Assembly (NCBI GenBank): GCA_037441385.1 | Contig: JBBISH010000084.1 | Span: 1-29,874, forward strand | Direction of reading: 5' to 3' | DNA from: Myxococcales bacterium | GTDB taxonomy: Bacteria; Myxococcota_A; UBA9042 | Length of the DNA: 29,874 nucleotides | In this document: one piece after another, positions 17,601 through 24,473 of the stretch | Layout of the letters: each line of letters begins with the position of its first letter | Position numbering within the stretch: the first letter of the stretch is position 1 | Position numbers and translations under genes: made by a program | The notes under the pieces: generated by a model | What the model was told of the DNA's origin: nothing | Seen by the model: only the letters and a program-made list of their open reading frames with translations | Databases searched by the model: none

Positions 17601-18259
17601 CGCCCCTGCACGCTACATGCGCCGCACCCCCACCCCTGTTCGGCCTCAAAGCCAGCACCGACCTTGAGTTCACGATGTGGGACGATGCCGTCAACTTGGT
17701 CTTCTGGACGCTTTGGCGTGCCGGGTGGTTCGAGGGCACCGTGGCGGCCTTGCCACTGTTCGAAGGTAGCCCGGCCGAAATCTTGGGTGTGACGGCCAAG
17801 ACATCGGCCGGACTGCCCCCGGTGGTGTCGGACTGCACCGGGCCAAACCCCGTGATACGCTTTAGTGAGCTGCGGATTGACATGACCGGAACCTTGAAGG
17901 GCAGCCCCATCGCGGCGGTAGTTCACGCCAACATGCGGGCCAAGCTCATCTTCAAGTACACCAACGGGGAGCTGCAGATTTGGCTTGGAGCCGCCGAAGC
18001 GATCGACGCCGAGGCCAGCCTCCCGGCACTGAGCGCCACGTCCAACGAGGTCGATCTAGAAAAGTACATGGTGCTTTGGTACTTGCCAGGCCTGCTCAAC
18101 CAGCTCAGCGCACAGCCGTTTGTCGCGCTACCGCTGCCGGTGCTCGACTTCAGCTCGGCCATCTTGCAGCCCAAGGGCACCGCGGCCTTGGCCATCGACG
18201 CCAACGCGGCGAACCATGCTGGCGGCGTGTCGAGTGTTGCTGGACCTGTTAAACCCTAG
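14681..18259 (+). CDS. Cys-rich stalk lipoprotein with Ig-like domain and C-terminal BPI/LBP (TULIP)-like region
   Basis: Start ATG 14681 or 14702 (MGRRFAIVCALVALGSAC lipobox); 53-aa Cys repeats. Ig-like PALTVTSP..VNG..V..DGTF..L/I..GNN segment; long amphipathic beta strands and the motif DLEFTMWDDAVNLVFWTLWRAGWF. Confidence 0.85.
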   Translation: MFGPIPWMGRRFAIVCALVALGSACADPSAKPATPTATTDAANTEVMPLADADAAVEDVDTTVSDTLDAAGDGGDKEVAVAPADTSADGDAADQDGAGDSDGDAVAQCSATTCADGPSCFPIGDKKPGALCVICAAVNGVASWQVAGPGVDCNDGSACTTGDHCQDGACAGKADVACDDGQPCTADGCDPAFGCQATNLPATATCSDGDACTLGDHCQAGTCIAGAPVACDDGAPCTADSCDSATGCKAVNLAATATCSDGSACTVGDHCQGGSCQPGLAAPCDDGNPCTADQCEPASGCVALDLPESATCSDGDMCTAGDHCQGGACQAGAAVPCDDGKPCTLDACDLISGCVASDLPVTATCTDGNACTADDRCKAGECQAGTSVPCDDGKLCTVDGCDPVSGCVAVDLPAATTCTDGDACTVGDHCQAGACHGGSAVACDDSNPCTADSCAAQSGCQAVQLGEAATCSDGSLCTVGDHCVAGACSGAAQLDCNDGNACTSDTCAPGQGCLHTAADAGANCSDGNACTTSDACAGTSCSGKSIDCNDDNPCTDDTCEQGPGCVWTPKSGPCDDLNPCSVNDTCTDGICYGKPKNCYADVTMPACVKATCGTQGECTFVPTNVGSCRPALTVTSPERSTFAAGAPSVVVQGQATGIAGPLATVAVNGKAANVGADGTFSIMVPISFGNNELSILATDIYGNSRRQVQALQWATAWSKPGLPVAPSGGEWLGAKALDSGNHVHGKPRDIATVFEVALSGINLGASLPSPLYTSVYGQATMTSMTYAPVQVTLTPADGYLLLTLSYSSIVIKANAAGQVCLSPYVCIPISGIITATVANLTTTGHLTPQVLLGQPQFVVDAVSTTVTGLDVTADNSTLAMAANDIKSVLGTTLVSGANQAMKDAVPALSSGVGAALAGTSLTSTVSVPKFSTSGTTELQLAGQVSDMKATSSGLAIGLQLGAAATPTGLSSSPGTPLHATCAAPPPLFGLKASTDLEFTMWDDAVNLVFWTLWRAGWFEGTVAALPLFEGSPAEILGVTAKTSAGLPPVVSDCTGPNPVIRFSELRIDMTGTLKGSPIAAVVHANMRAKLIFKYTNGELQIWLGAAEAIDAEASLPALSATSNEVDLEKYMVLWYLPGLLNQLSAQPFVALPLPVLDFSSAILQPKGTAALAIDANAANHAGGVSSVAGPVKP
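15134..16405 (+). repeat. Eight intragenic 159-bp (53-aa) tandem repeats
   Basis: C(S/T/N)DG units start at 15134, 15293, 15452, 15611, 15770, 15929, 16088 and 16247 (exact 159-nt period). Confidence 0.85.
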
Positions 18260-18283
18260 TGGATCAGCCAGTATAGGGGCCGT

Positions 18284-20071
18284 CTACGGCTCAACGACCA
18301 ACGGCGGCACATCGGCGCGCACGGCGCGCACTTCCCAGAAGAACGCTTGGTTTGGAGTGCCTCCGGGCGCGACTTGAACCGCAAACTGGCCGCGAGCAAT
18401 CGGTGACGCGACATAGAGTGGACTCCAGCCGCCGTCGCAGGTCAGTTGCACGGTACGACCCTCGGGCCGGGTCAGCGCTTCAAAGTACTTGGGCAGGAGC
18501 ACCACCGCGCGACCGGCGGTCAGCTCTGCTCGCCCTCGGTAGGACACGCTGGCCTCTGGACCCTCGACAACCGAGTGCACCAAGCGCCGGGTCGGGTCAA
18601 GGGGGTGTGGGATGTCGAAGTTCTTGAGGATCGCCCCGAAGCTGCCGTTGACCTGAAGCAGGTACTTTGGGTTGGCCGTGCCGATCCCCACCCCGGCTCC
18701 ATCCTTGACCACCAGGCTGCCGTCGATCGACGTGACGCCTGGATCGACCTCGATTTCCGAGCACGAATACAAGCCGTCGCCCCCAGTTGCGTAGACGCGC
18801 AGATAGCGACCCGCCAGGGGACCGAACGCAGGGCTGGTTCGCGTGCGCAGGCCGCCGCCGCTGGCAAGGGCCACCGAATAGGCAGGAGTCCAGGTTGAGC
18901 CATCGGCAGACACGTCGACTTGATAGGTGTCGTTGTTGTCGCACTGGACCTTGATTGCCGCAATGGTCGTATAGACTTGACCAAGGTCAACTGTAAGGCT
19001 CGACGATGGACCTGCCGCATTCAAACTCACGGCATAGGTGGCGTTGTCGAAGCTCGTCCCCTCACTGGCATACGCGCCGTCGGTCAGCACGGCCGGCGAG
19101 CCGAAGCTTGGCGAGTACGAGGCGGTCACTTTGCTGCCCTTGGTCGTGGGGACCGCCGGGCCAGCCGCGTGGACGTCCAGCCGGCCCGCTGGAAGGGCTG
19201 TACCGATACCCACGTTACCGGCAAACGTGTTCTGCTGGGTGAACGCGTTGATAGAGCCTAGTTTTGCGTAGACACTCAGGTCTGGCGTGCCGGCTAGATC
19301 GACGTACTTGCCCGAAAAGGCGACCTTGGCCAAGGCCGCGATGGTCGCGAATGCGCCCAAGTCAGGTTTGCCCTTGAGGTCGTCGTAGGCGCCGCTGGTC
19401 GCGACGGTGGCCAAGTCCACTGCATGGACTAGGCCGGCCAAATTCGGGAGCCCAGCCAAGTCCGCGTAGGCGCCCGAGGTCGCGACGCCGGCCAACTCCG
19501 ACTTCTTGGCATAGGGTGCAAAGTCCGGGGTGCCCTTCAGGTCCGCGTAGGCGCCGGTCGTGGCTACCGTGGAAAGATCCGCGGACTTTGCATAGGGTTG
19601 GAGTACGTCGGCGGCCATCTTGTCGGCCGTGATCGCGCCAGCGGCAACGTCCGCAGTGCCCACACAGGCGGAGCAGGCCAAGTCCTGAGCCAACGCTGCC
19701 GCCACGGCTTGCGGGACGGGACGGATCGGCTGTCGCGGCAGCTCTGGGTCGTCGCCTACTTGGATCCCGACGGCCGGCGTGCCGACGGCCAGGAGCGCAC
19801 CGTCGAGCGGGTACTTTGGTGTGGCGCCAATTTCGATGGCGAAAGCACCCGACTCGACGGGAACGCCAAGAAAGACTTCTTCAAAAACAGCCTGTTTGGC
19901 ATCCGGAGCGTCGTAGATTCGAATGACCAGGGGGTATTTCCCGTCGGGCGCGGCAATACCTGCCACACTGGTCAGGCGACCTTGAACAGCAAGGACGGTG
20001 GGCACGGCAGCCTGGGCAACGCTGGCGCACAGCAATCCCAACACAGCAAGAGGGAATAGGCGGCGGAGCAT
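18284..20071 (-). CDS. Secreted phage-tail-fibre-like adhesin with F5/8 type C (discoidin/CBM32-like) insert and conserved fibre C-terminal domain
   Basis: ATG 20071 with AAGGAGG RBS; Sec signal ending AQA-A; N-domain QGRLT..IY..G.F..EIG..PRQPIRPVPQA. Four 27-aa LATVATSGAYADL.G.PDL repeats (19262-19603); two VGIGT motifs flanking LTDG..LTVDLG..Y.V.VS.DG.TWT..GRYLRV..EIEV. C-terminus KNFDIPHP..LVH..EGPE..YRG..LPKYF. Confidence 0.85.
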   Translation of the reverse strand: MLRRLFPLAVLGLLCASVAQAAVPTVLAVQGRLTSVAGIAAPDGKYPLVIRIYDAPDAKQAVFEEVFLGVPVESGAFAIEIGATPKYPLDGALLAVGTPAVGIQVGDDPELPRQPIRPVPQAVAAALAQDLACSACVGTADVAAGAITADKMAADVLQPYAKSADLSTVATTGAYADLKGTPDFAPYAKKSELAGVATSGAYADLAGLPNLAGLVHAVDLATVATSGAYDDLKGKPDLGAFATIAALAKVAFSGKYVDLAGTPDLSVYAKLGSINAFTQQNTFAGNVGIGTALPAGRLDVHAAGPAVPTTKGSKVTASYSPSFGSPAVLTDGAYASEGTSFDNATYAVSLNAAGPSSSLTVDLGQVYTTIAAIKVQCDNNDTYQVDVSADGSTWTPAYSVALASGGGLRTRTSPAFGPLAGRYLRVYATGGDGLYSCSEIEVDPGVTSIDGSLVVKDGAGVGIGTANPKYLLQVNGSFGAILKNFDIPHPLDPTRRLVHSVVEGPEASVSYRGRAELTAGRAVVLLPKYFEALTRPEGRTVQLTCDGGWSPLYVASPIARGQFAVQVAPGGTPNQAFFWEVRAVRADVPPLVVEP

Positions 20072-20166
20072 CGAAACCTCCTTGCACGGGTGCCGGGCCA
20101 TGTCAAACCGCGCCGAGCGTAGCGCCGGCCATCGTTCCTGGTCAAGCGAAGCCAATGCCCCCGGAT

Positions 20167-20280
20167 CCGCCGCTTTGGGCGCAACTCGGCGTTGCTGCGT
20201 CGCTACTCTCCCTGCGGCGACCGCTAGATCGCCTCAGTCGCTCCGCTCCTTGTGCCTTGATTTGCATACCAAATCGGCGG
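20167..20280. repeat. REP/MITE-like palindromic element (~114 bp)
   Basis: Left arm CCGCCGCTTTGG-GCGCAACTC vs reverse complement of right arm CCGCCGATTTGGTATGCAAATC; interior GGCGTTGC...GCCTTG. Confidence 0.55.
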
Positions 20281-20333
20281 CCGGTGCGAATTTCGGTGGT
20301 GGATCCTGGGTGCCGCCCACAGGGCCATGCAGG

Positions 20334-21962
20334 CTACGCCCCGCCCAGAATCCTCTCCGATTGCCGACACGTAACCCCATCAAAGGTCAGGCCAAAGCGA
20401 GCCAGGTACTTGCGCAGGCGGTCCGCGTCGTTGCGGCTTTGCTTGCGCTGCCGCGACTGGTCGAACAGCATTCGCCCGGCTTCGGACAGCGTGGGCTGCG
20501 TGCGGCACACCTGCAAGACGTCGCCCAGTTGCACTCGATCGAAGCGGTCCAGCTGCGCCGCCGCCGGGCCCAAGACCTCGTCGACCACGTCGGCCGGTGC
20601 TACGGTCGCCAAAGGCGTGCCCCAGCTCGCGCGCAGTCGAGCCACCTCGGCCACGACCTCGGCCTCGCGAATCCGCCCGCCCGGTGCCAGCGTCGTCATC
20701 CGCTGCACCGCCGCGCTCAGGTCGCGAAAGTTGTGATTCCAGCTGGCTTGCGGCGACAGCGCGAACGCCAACAGCCGCTCGCGCGCCTCGCGACTCATCG
20801 TCACACGCTGGCCCCGGCGCCGCCCCACCTGGTCGAGCTCCCAGTCCAGGTTGGGGGCGATGTCTTCGCGTCGCTCGGCCAGACCGGGCAGGCGAAATTG
20901 CCACACAGACAGGCGCGCCAGCAGATCGTCGCGAAAGTGCCCGGTCCGCACGCGCTCGCCCAGGTCGCGGTTGCTGCCGGCGATCAGTTGGAAGCTGCTT
21001 TGCACCTCGCGGTCGCTGCCCATCGGCAAAAAACGCTGATCCTCCAACGCGCGCAGCAGCATCGCTTGTTCGTCGCGGCCCAGCTCGCCGATCTCGTCCA
21101 AGAACAGCAGCCCGCGGTCGGCCTGGCGCAGCAGCCCTTCGCGCGCACTCAGAGCGCCGGTGAAGGCGCCGCGCACATGGCCAAACAGTGCCGACATGGC
21201 CGCGTCGCCGCGCAGTGTGGCGCAGTTCACCTCGACGAAATGACCACTTAGCTGGCGACTCGCCTGCTTGAGCGCAAAGATGCGCCGCGCTAGCACCGTC
21301 TTGCCTGCCCCGGTCGGGCCGGTCAGCAGCAGCGGAGCGGTCGACGCCCGCGCCACCTGCTCGATCTCGGCAATCAGCTTGTTGAACTGCGGGTTCTGCG
21401 TGTCGATGCCCGCCTTCAAGAAGGCCAGCTGGCGTTCGCGCTGCTCGCCAAAGCGCGCGGCGATGCGGTCGTAGCGCTGCAAGTCCAAGTCGATGATGCT
21501 CAGGCTGCCGCGCGGGTCGTGGCGGCCGTCGCGCCGCGGCGAGGTCTGCAGCAAACGCCCAGGCAATTCGCGCGCTTCGGTGAGCAAGAACAAGCAGATC
21601 TGCGCGACGTGGCTGCCGGTGGTGATGTGGACGAGCACATCCTCGCTGTCGGGCTGCCACGGCAGCGAGCGGGCAAAGTCAAACAAACCCGCGTACATCA
21701 CCTCGAAGTCCCAGGCGTCTTCCACGTCCAGCTGGTGCAGGCGCACCTGGGTCTCGGGCGACACCGAGCCAATGTCGGCGGCCACGACGCGGGCCAGCTC
21801 GGCCTCGCCAGGGTGGTGCAGCAGCTCGAATCGGTGGACGACCATGTCGTCTTGCTGGCACAAAGACACCGTAGGGCGCCACCGCTGCCAACGGTCTTGG
21901 CGCCGCCCCGAAGCATCGAGCACTTTGCCAACCAAGCCAATCACGACCACGGGTTTGTGCAT
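20334..21962 (-). CDS. rtcR: RNA repair transcriptional activator RtcR (CARF-like sensor, sigma54 AAA+, HTH)
   Basis: N-terminal VVIGLVGKVLD..RWQRWRPTVSLC..HITTGSHVAQIC; Walker A GPTGAGKT; GAFTGA; LFLDEIGELG; C-terminal NDADRLRKYLARFGL. ATG 21962 preferred (TTG 21980 possible). Confidence 0.95.
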   Translation of the reverse strand: MHKPVVVIGLVGKVLDASGRRQDRWQRWRPTVSLCQQDDMVVHRFELLHHPGEAELARVVAADIGSVSPETQVRLHQLDVEDAWDFEVMYAGLFDFARSLPWQPDSEDVLVHITTGSHVAQICLFLLTEARELPGRLLQTSPRRDGRHDPRGSLSIIDLDLQRYDRIAARFGEQRERQLAFLKAGIDTQNPQFNKLIAEIEQVARASTAPLLLTGPTGAGKTVLARRIFALKQASRQLSGHFVEVNCATLRGDAAMSALFGHVRGAFTGALSAREGLLRQADRGLLFLDEIGELGRDEQAMLLRALEDQRFLPMGSDREVQSSFQLIAGSNRDLGERVRTGHFRDDLLARLSVWQFRLPGLAERREDIAPNLDWELDQVGRRRGQRVTMSREARERLLAFALSPQASWNHNFRDLSAAVQRMTTLAPGGRIREAEVVAEVARLRASWGTPLATVAPADVVDEVLGPAAAQLDRFDRVQLGDVLQVCRTQPTLSEAGRMLFDQSRQRKQSRNDADRLRKYLARFGLTFDGVTCRQSERILGGA

Positions 21963-21973
21963 AGCGACCGCCT

Positions 21974-22027
21974 TATCCAATCGGATACACTGCGCGCCAA
22001 TCGTAGCACAATCCGTCTAAGGACGGA
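21974..22027. promoter_or_regulatory. Candidate RtcR upstream activating sites (two inverted repeats)
   Basis: TATCC-AATC-GGATA (21974-21987) and TCCGTC-TAAG-GACGGA (22012-22027), ~60-110 nt upstream of the sigma54 promoter. Confidence 0.45.
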
Positions 22028-22084
22028 ACCGGGGCGTTGCCGGCAACTAGTTGAAAATCATGCAAGCGGCCCAGATGCGGCAAG

Positions 22085-22101
22085 TTGGCACGCCACCTGC
22101 A
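22085..22101 (+). promoter_or_regulatory. sigma54 -24/-12 promoter of rtcBA
   Basis: TTGGCACGCCACCTGCA, GG-N10-GC, lying between divergent rtcR and rtcB. Confidence 0.85.
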
Positions 22102-22145
22102 ATCGCCAAGGGCACGGGCACAGTAGCCCGCTGAGGTCAAGGAAC

Positions 22146-23405
22146 ATGGAATCAGCAATGGAATCGGTGCGGCTGGAGGCCCCGGGGAGCGGGCCGGTTG
22201 TGTTGGAGACGGCGGGCGTGCCGGTCCACGCCTGGGTGCGCGGCGTACCCATGGAGGCGGGTGCCGAGGAGCAGCTGCGCAAGGTCGCGGAGTTGCCGGT
22301 GATCCACAACCGGGTCGCGGTGATGCCCGATGTGCACAAGGGGATCGGCGCCACCATCGGCTCGGTCATCCCCACCCGCCACGCCATCATTCCGGCGGCG
22401 GTCGGCGTGGACATCGGCTGCGGCATGATGGCGGTGCGAACCACGCTGCGCGCGAGCGACCTGCCCGACCACCTGGCCGGCGTGCGCAACAGCATCGAGC
22501 GGCGCGTCCCGCACGGGCGCACCGACAATGGCGGTCCCAATGATCGCGGTGCGTTCAAGGACGTGCCCGACGACCACTTGGCCGCCTGGGCCGAGCTGGA
22601 GCCCGGTTGGCAGCGGATTGTGGCCGCGCACCCCAAGCTGGGCCGCGGTCAGACGCTGGGGCACCTGGGCACGCTGGGCACGGGCAACCACTTCATCGAA
22701 GTGTGCTTGGACGAGGCTGACCGGGTGTGGGTGGTGCTGCACAGCGGCTCGCGCGGTGTGGGCAATCGGATCGGCGTGCACTTCATCGCCCAGGCCAAGG
22801 CCGACATGCTGCACCTGCTCGGTACGTTGCCGGACGCGGACTTGGCGTACTTTGCCGAAGGGACGCCGCACTTTGACGACTACGTCCACGCGGTGCACTG
22901 GGCGCAGAGCTTTGCCGCGACCAATCGGCGCCTGATGATGGCGACGACGCTGTTCGCCTTGGCCCGCACGCCCGGGGTGCCGCCGTTTACCGCCACGGAC
23001 GAGGCCGTGCAATGCCACCACAACTACGTGGCGCGCGAGCACCATTTTGGCGCCGACGTGTTCGTCACCCGCAAGGGCGCGGTGCGAGCCGGCTTGGGCG
23101 AGTTGGGCATCATTCCGGGCAGCATGGGCGCGCGCACCTTCATCGTCCGCGGCAAGGGCAACCCCGACAGCCTGTGCAGCTGCAGCCATGGCGCTGGCCG
23201 TCTGATGTCGCGTACTGCAGCCAAGAAGCGATTTTCGCTAGAGGATCACGTACTGGCCACGGCGCAGGTCGAGTGCCGCAAGGACCAGGACGTCATCGAC
23301 GAGACGCCGGGCGCCTACAAGTCCATCGACGCGGTGATGGCGGCGCAGGCCGACCTGGTCGAAGTGGTGCACACGCTGCATCAGGTGGTGTGCGTAAAGG
23401 GGTAG
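22146..23405 (+). CDS. rtcB: RNA-splicing/repair ligase RtcB
   Basis: MPDVHKGIG, VGVDIGCGM, LGTLGTGNHFIE, HSGSRG, HHNY, RKGA, PGSMG, SHGAGR, DETPGAYK. ATG 22146 (GAGGT RBS) or 22158. Confidence 0.96.
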   Translation: MESAMESVRLEAPGSGPVVLETAGVPVHAWVRGVPMEAGAEEQLRKVAELPVIHNRVAVMPDVHKGIGATIGSVIPTRHAIIPAAVGVDIGCGMMAVRTTLRASDLPDHLAGVRNSIERRVPHGRTDNGGPNDRGAFKDVPDDHLAAWAELEPGWQRIVAAHPKLGRGQTLGHLGTLGTGNHFIEVCLDEADRVWVVLHSGSRGVGNRIGVHFIAQAKADMLHLLGTLPDADLAYFAEGTPHFDDYVHAVHWAQSFAATNRRLMMATTLFALARTPGVPPFTATDEAVQCHHNYVAREHHFGADVFVTRKGAVRAGLGELGIIPGSMGARTFIVRGKGNPDSLCSCSHGAGRLMSRTAAKKRFSLEDHVLATAQVECRKDQDVIDETPGAYKSIDAVMAAQADLVEVVHTLHQVVCVKG

Positions 23406-23408
23406 GCG

Positions 23409-24449
23409 ATGAGCGAGCTTGTGATCGATGGCCGCCACGGCGAGGGCGGCGGACAGATTCTGCGCAGTGCGGTCGGCATGGCCGCCGCGTTGGGCATGCC
23501 GGTGCGAATTCAGCATATTCGGGCCGGTCGCGCCAAGCCGGGCCTGCTGCGGCAGCACCTGGCCGCGGTGCGCGCGGTCGCAGAGGTTAGTCACGGGCGG
23601 CTGGAGGGCGCCGAGCTGGGCTCGACCGAGGTCGCGTTCTGGCCGGGGCCGATCCAGGCCGGCGAGTACGAATTCGCCGTGGGCAGTGCGGGGAGCGCCC
23701 TGCTGGTGCTGCAGACGCTGTTGCCGGCCCTGGTCGTGGCGAGCGGACCCACCCGGCTGGTGCTGCGCGGCGGCACCCACAATCCGGCCGCGCCGCCTGC
23801 GGAATTTGCGGCTCTGGTCCTGGCGCCAGCCTTGGCTCGGCTGGGGGTTATGCTGACCGTCGAGCTCCGGCGCCCCGGCTTCTTTCCGGCCGGCGGCGGC
23901 GAAGTGGCGGTGACGGTCGAGCCGGCGCCCGTGCCGCAGCGCCTACAGTGGACGGAGCGCGGTGCTTTGCAGGCGCTGACGGCCGTCTGCCACGTGGCGG
24001 ATTTGCCGCCGCACGTCGGCGCGCGCGAGACCAAGCGGCTGCGGCTGGCGCTGAACCTGGACGAAAAGGCTGTGCAACTGCGCGCTTGGCCCCAGTGCGG
24101 CCCCGGCAACGCGCTTTTGGCGGTGGCTCGCAGCGAGTTCGCCACCCAGGTGGTAACGGGCTTTGGCCGGCGCGGCGCGAGCGCGGAGCAGGTGGCCGAC
24201 GAGGTGGTGCAGGGCATGCGCAGCTGGCTGGCGGCCGAGGTGCCCGTGGGCGAGCACTTGGCCGACCAACTGGTGGCACCGCTGGCCGTGCTGGCCGGCG
24301 GCACCTTTCGCACGACGGCGCCGACTCCGCATTTGCTCAGTCAAGTTCACGTGGTCCGTGCCCTGCTGGGCGACCGCGTGGTGCTGCACGAAGAGGGGCA
24401 GGGCCGCTGGCGCGTCGACGTCGCGGGCCGGTTGCCGCCTGCCCGGTGA
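23409..24449 (+). CDS. rtcA: RNA 3'-terminal phosphate cyclase RtcA
   Basis: IDGRHGEGGGQILRS, RAKPGLLRQH, GGTHNP, GFFPAGGG, EHLADQL; 3 nt after the rtcB stop. Confidence 0.96.
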   Translation: MSELVIDGRHGEGGGQILRSAVGMAAALGMPVRIQHIRAGRAKPGLLRQHLAAVRAVAEVSHGRLEGAELGSTEVAFWPGPIQAGEYEFAVGSAGSALLVLQTLLPALVVASGPTRLVLRGGTHNPAAPPAEFAALVLAPALARLGVMLTVELRRPGFFPAGGGEVAVTVEPAPVPQRLQWTERGALQALTAVCHVADLPPHVGARETKRLRLALNLDEKAVQLRAWPQCGPGNALLAVARSEFATQVVTGFGRRGASAEQVADEVVQGMRSWLAAEVPVGEHLADQLVAPLAVLAGGTFRTTAPTPHLLSQVHVVRALLGDRVVLHEEGQGRWRVDVAGRLPPAR

Positions 24450-24473
24450 GCCCGGCGACTGCAGAACGTGCCG

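Noticed and set aside
21519..22145. N-terminal extension of RtcB in the ORF track
   Set aside because: Overlaps rtcR antisense and lies upstream of the sigma54 promoter.
22102..22145. tRNA or Y-RNA partner of the rtc operon
   Set aside because: Only ~45 nt available, and no T-arm or cloverleaf was recognised anywhere in the window.
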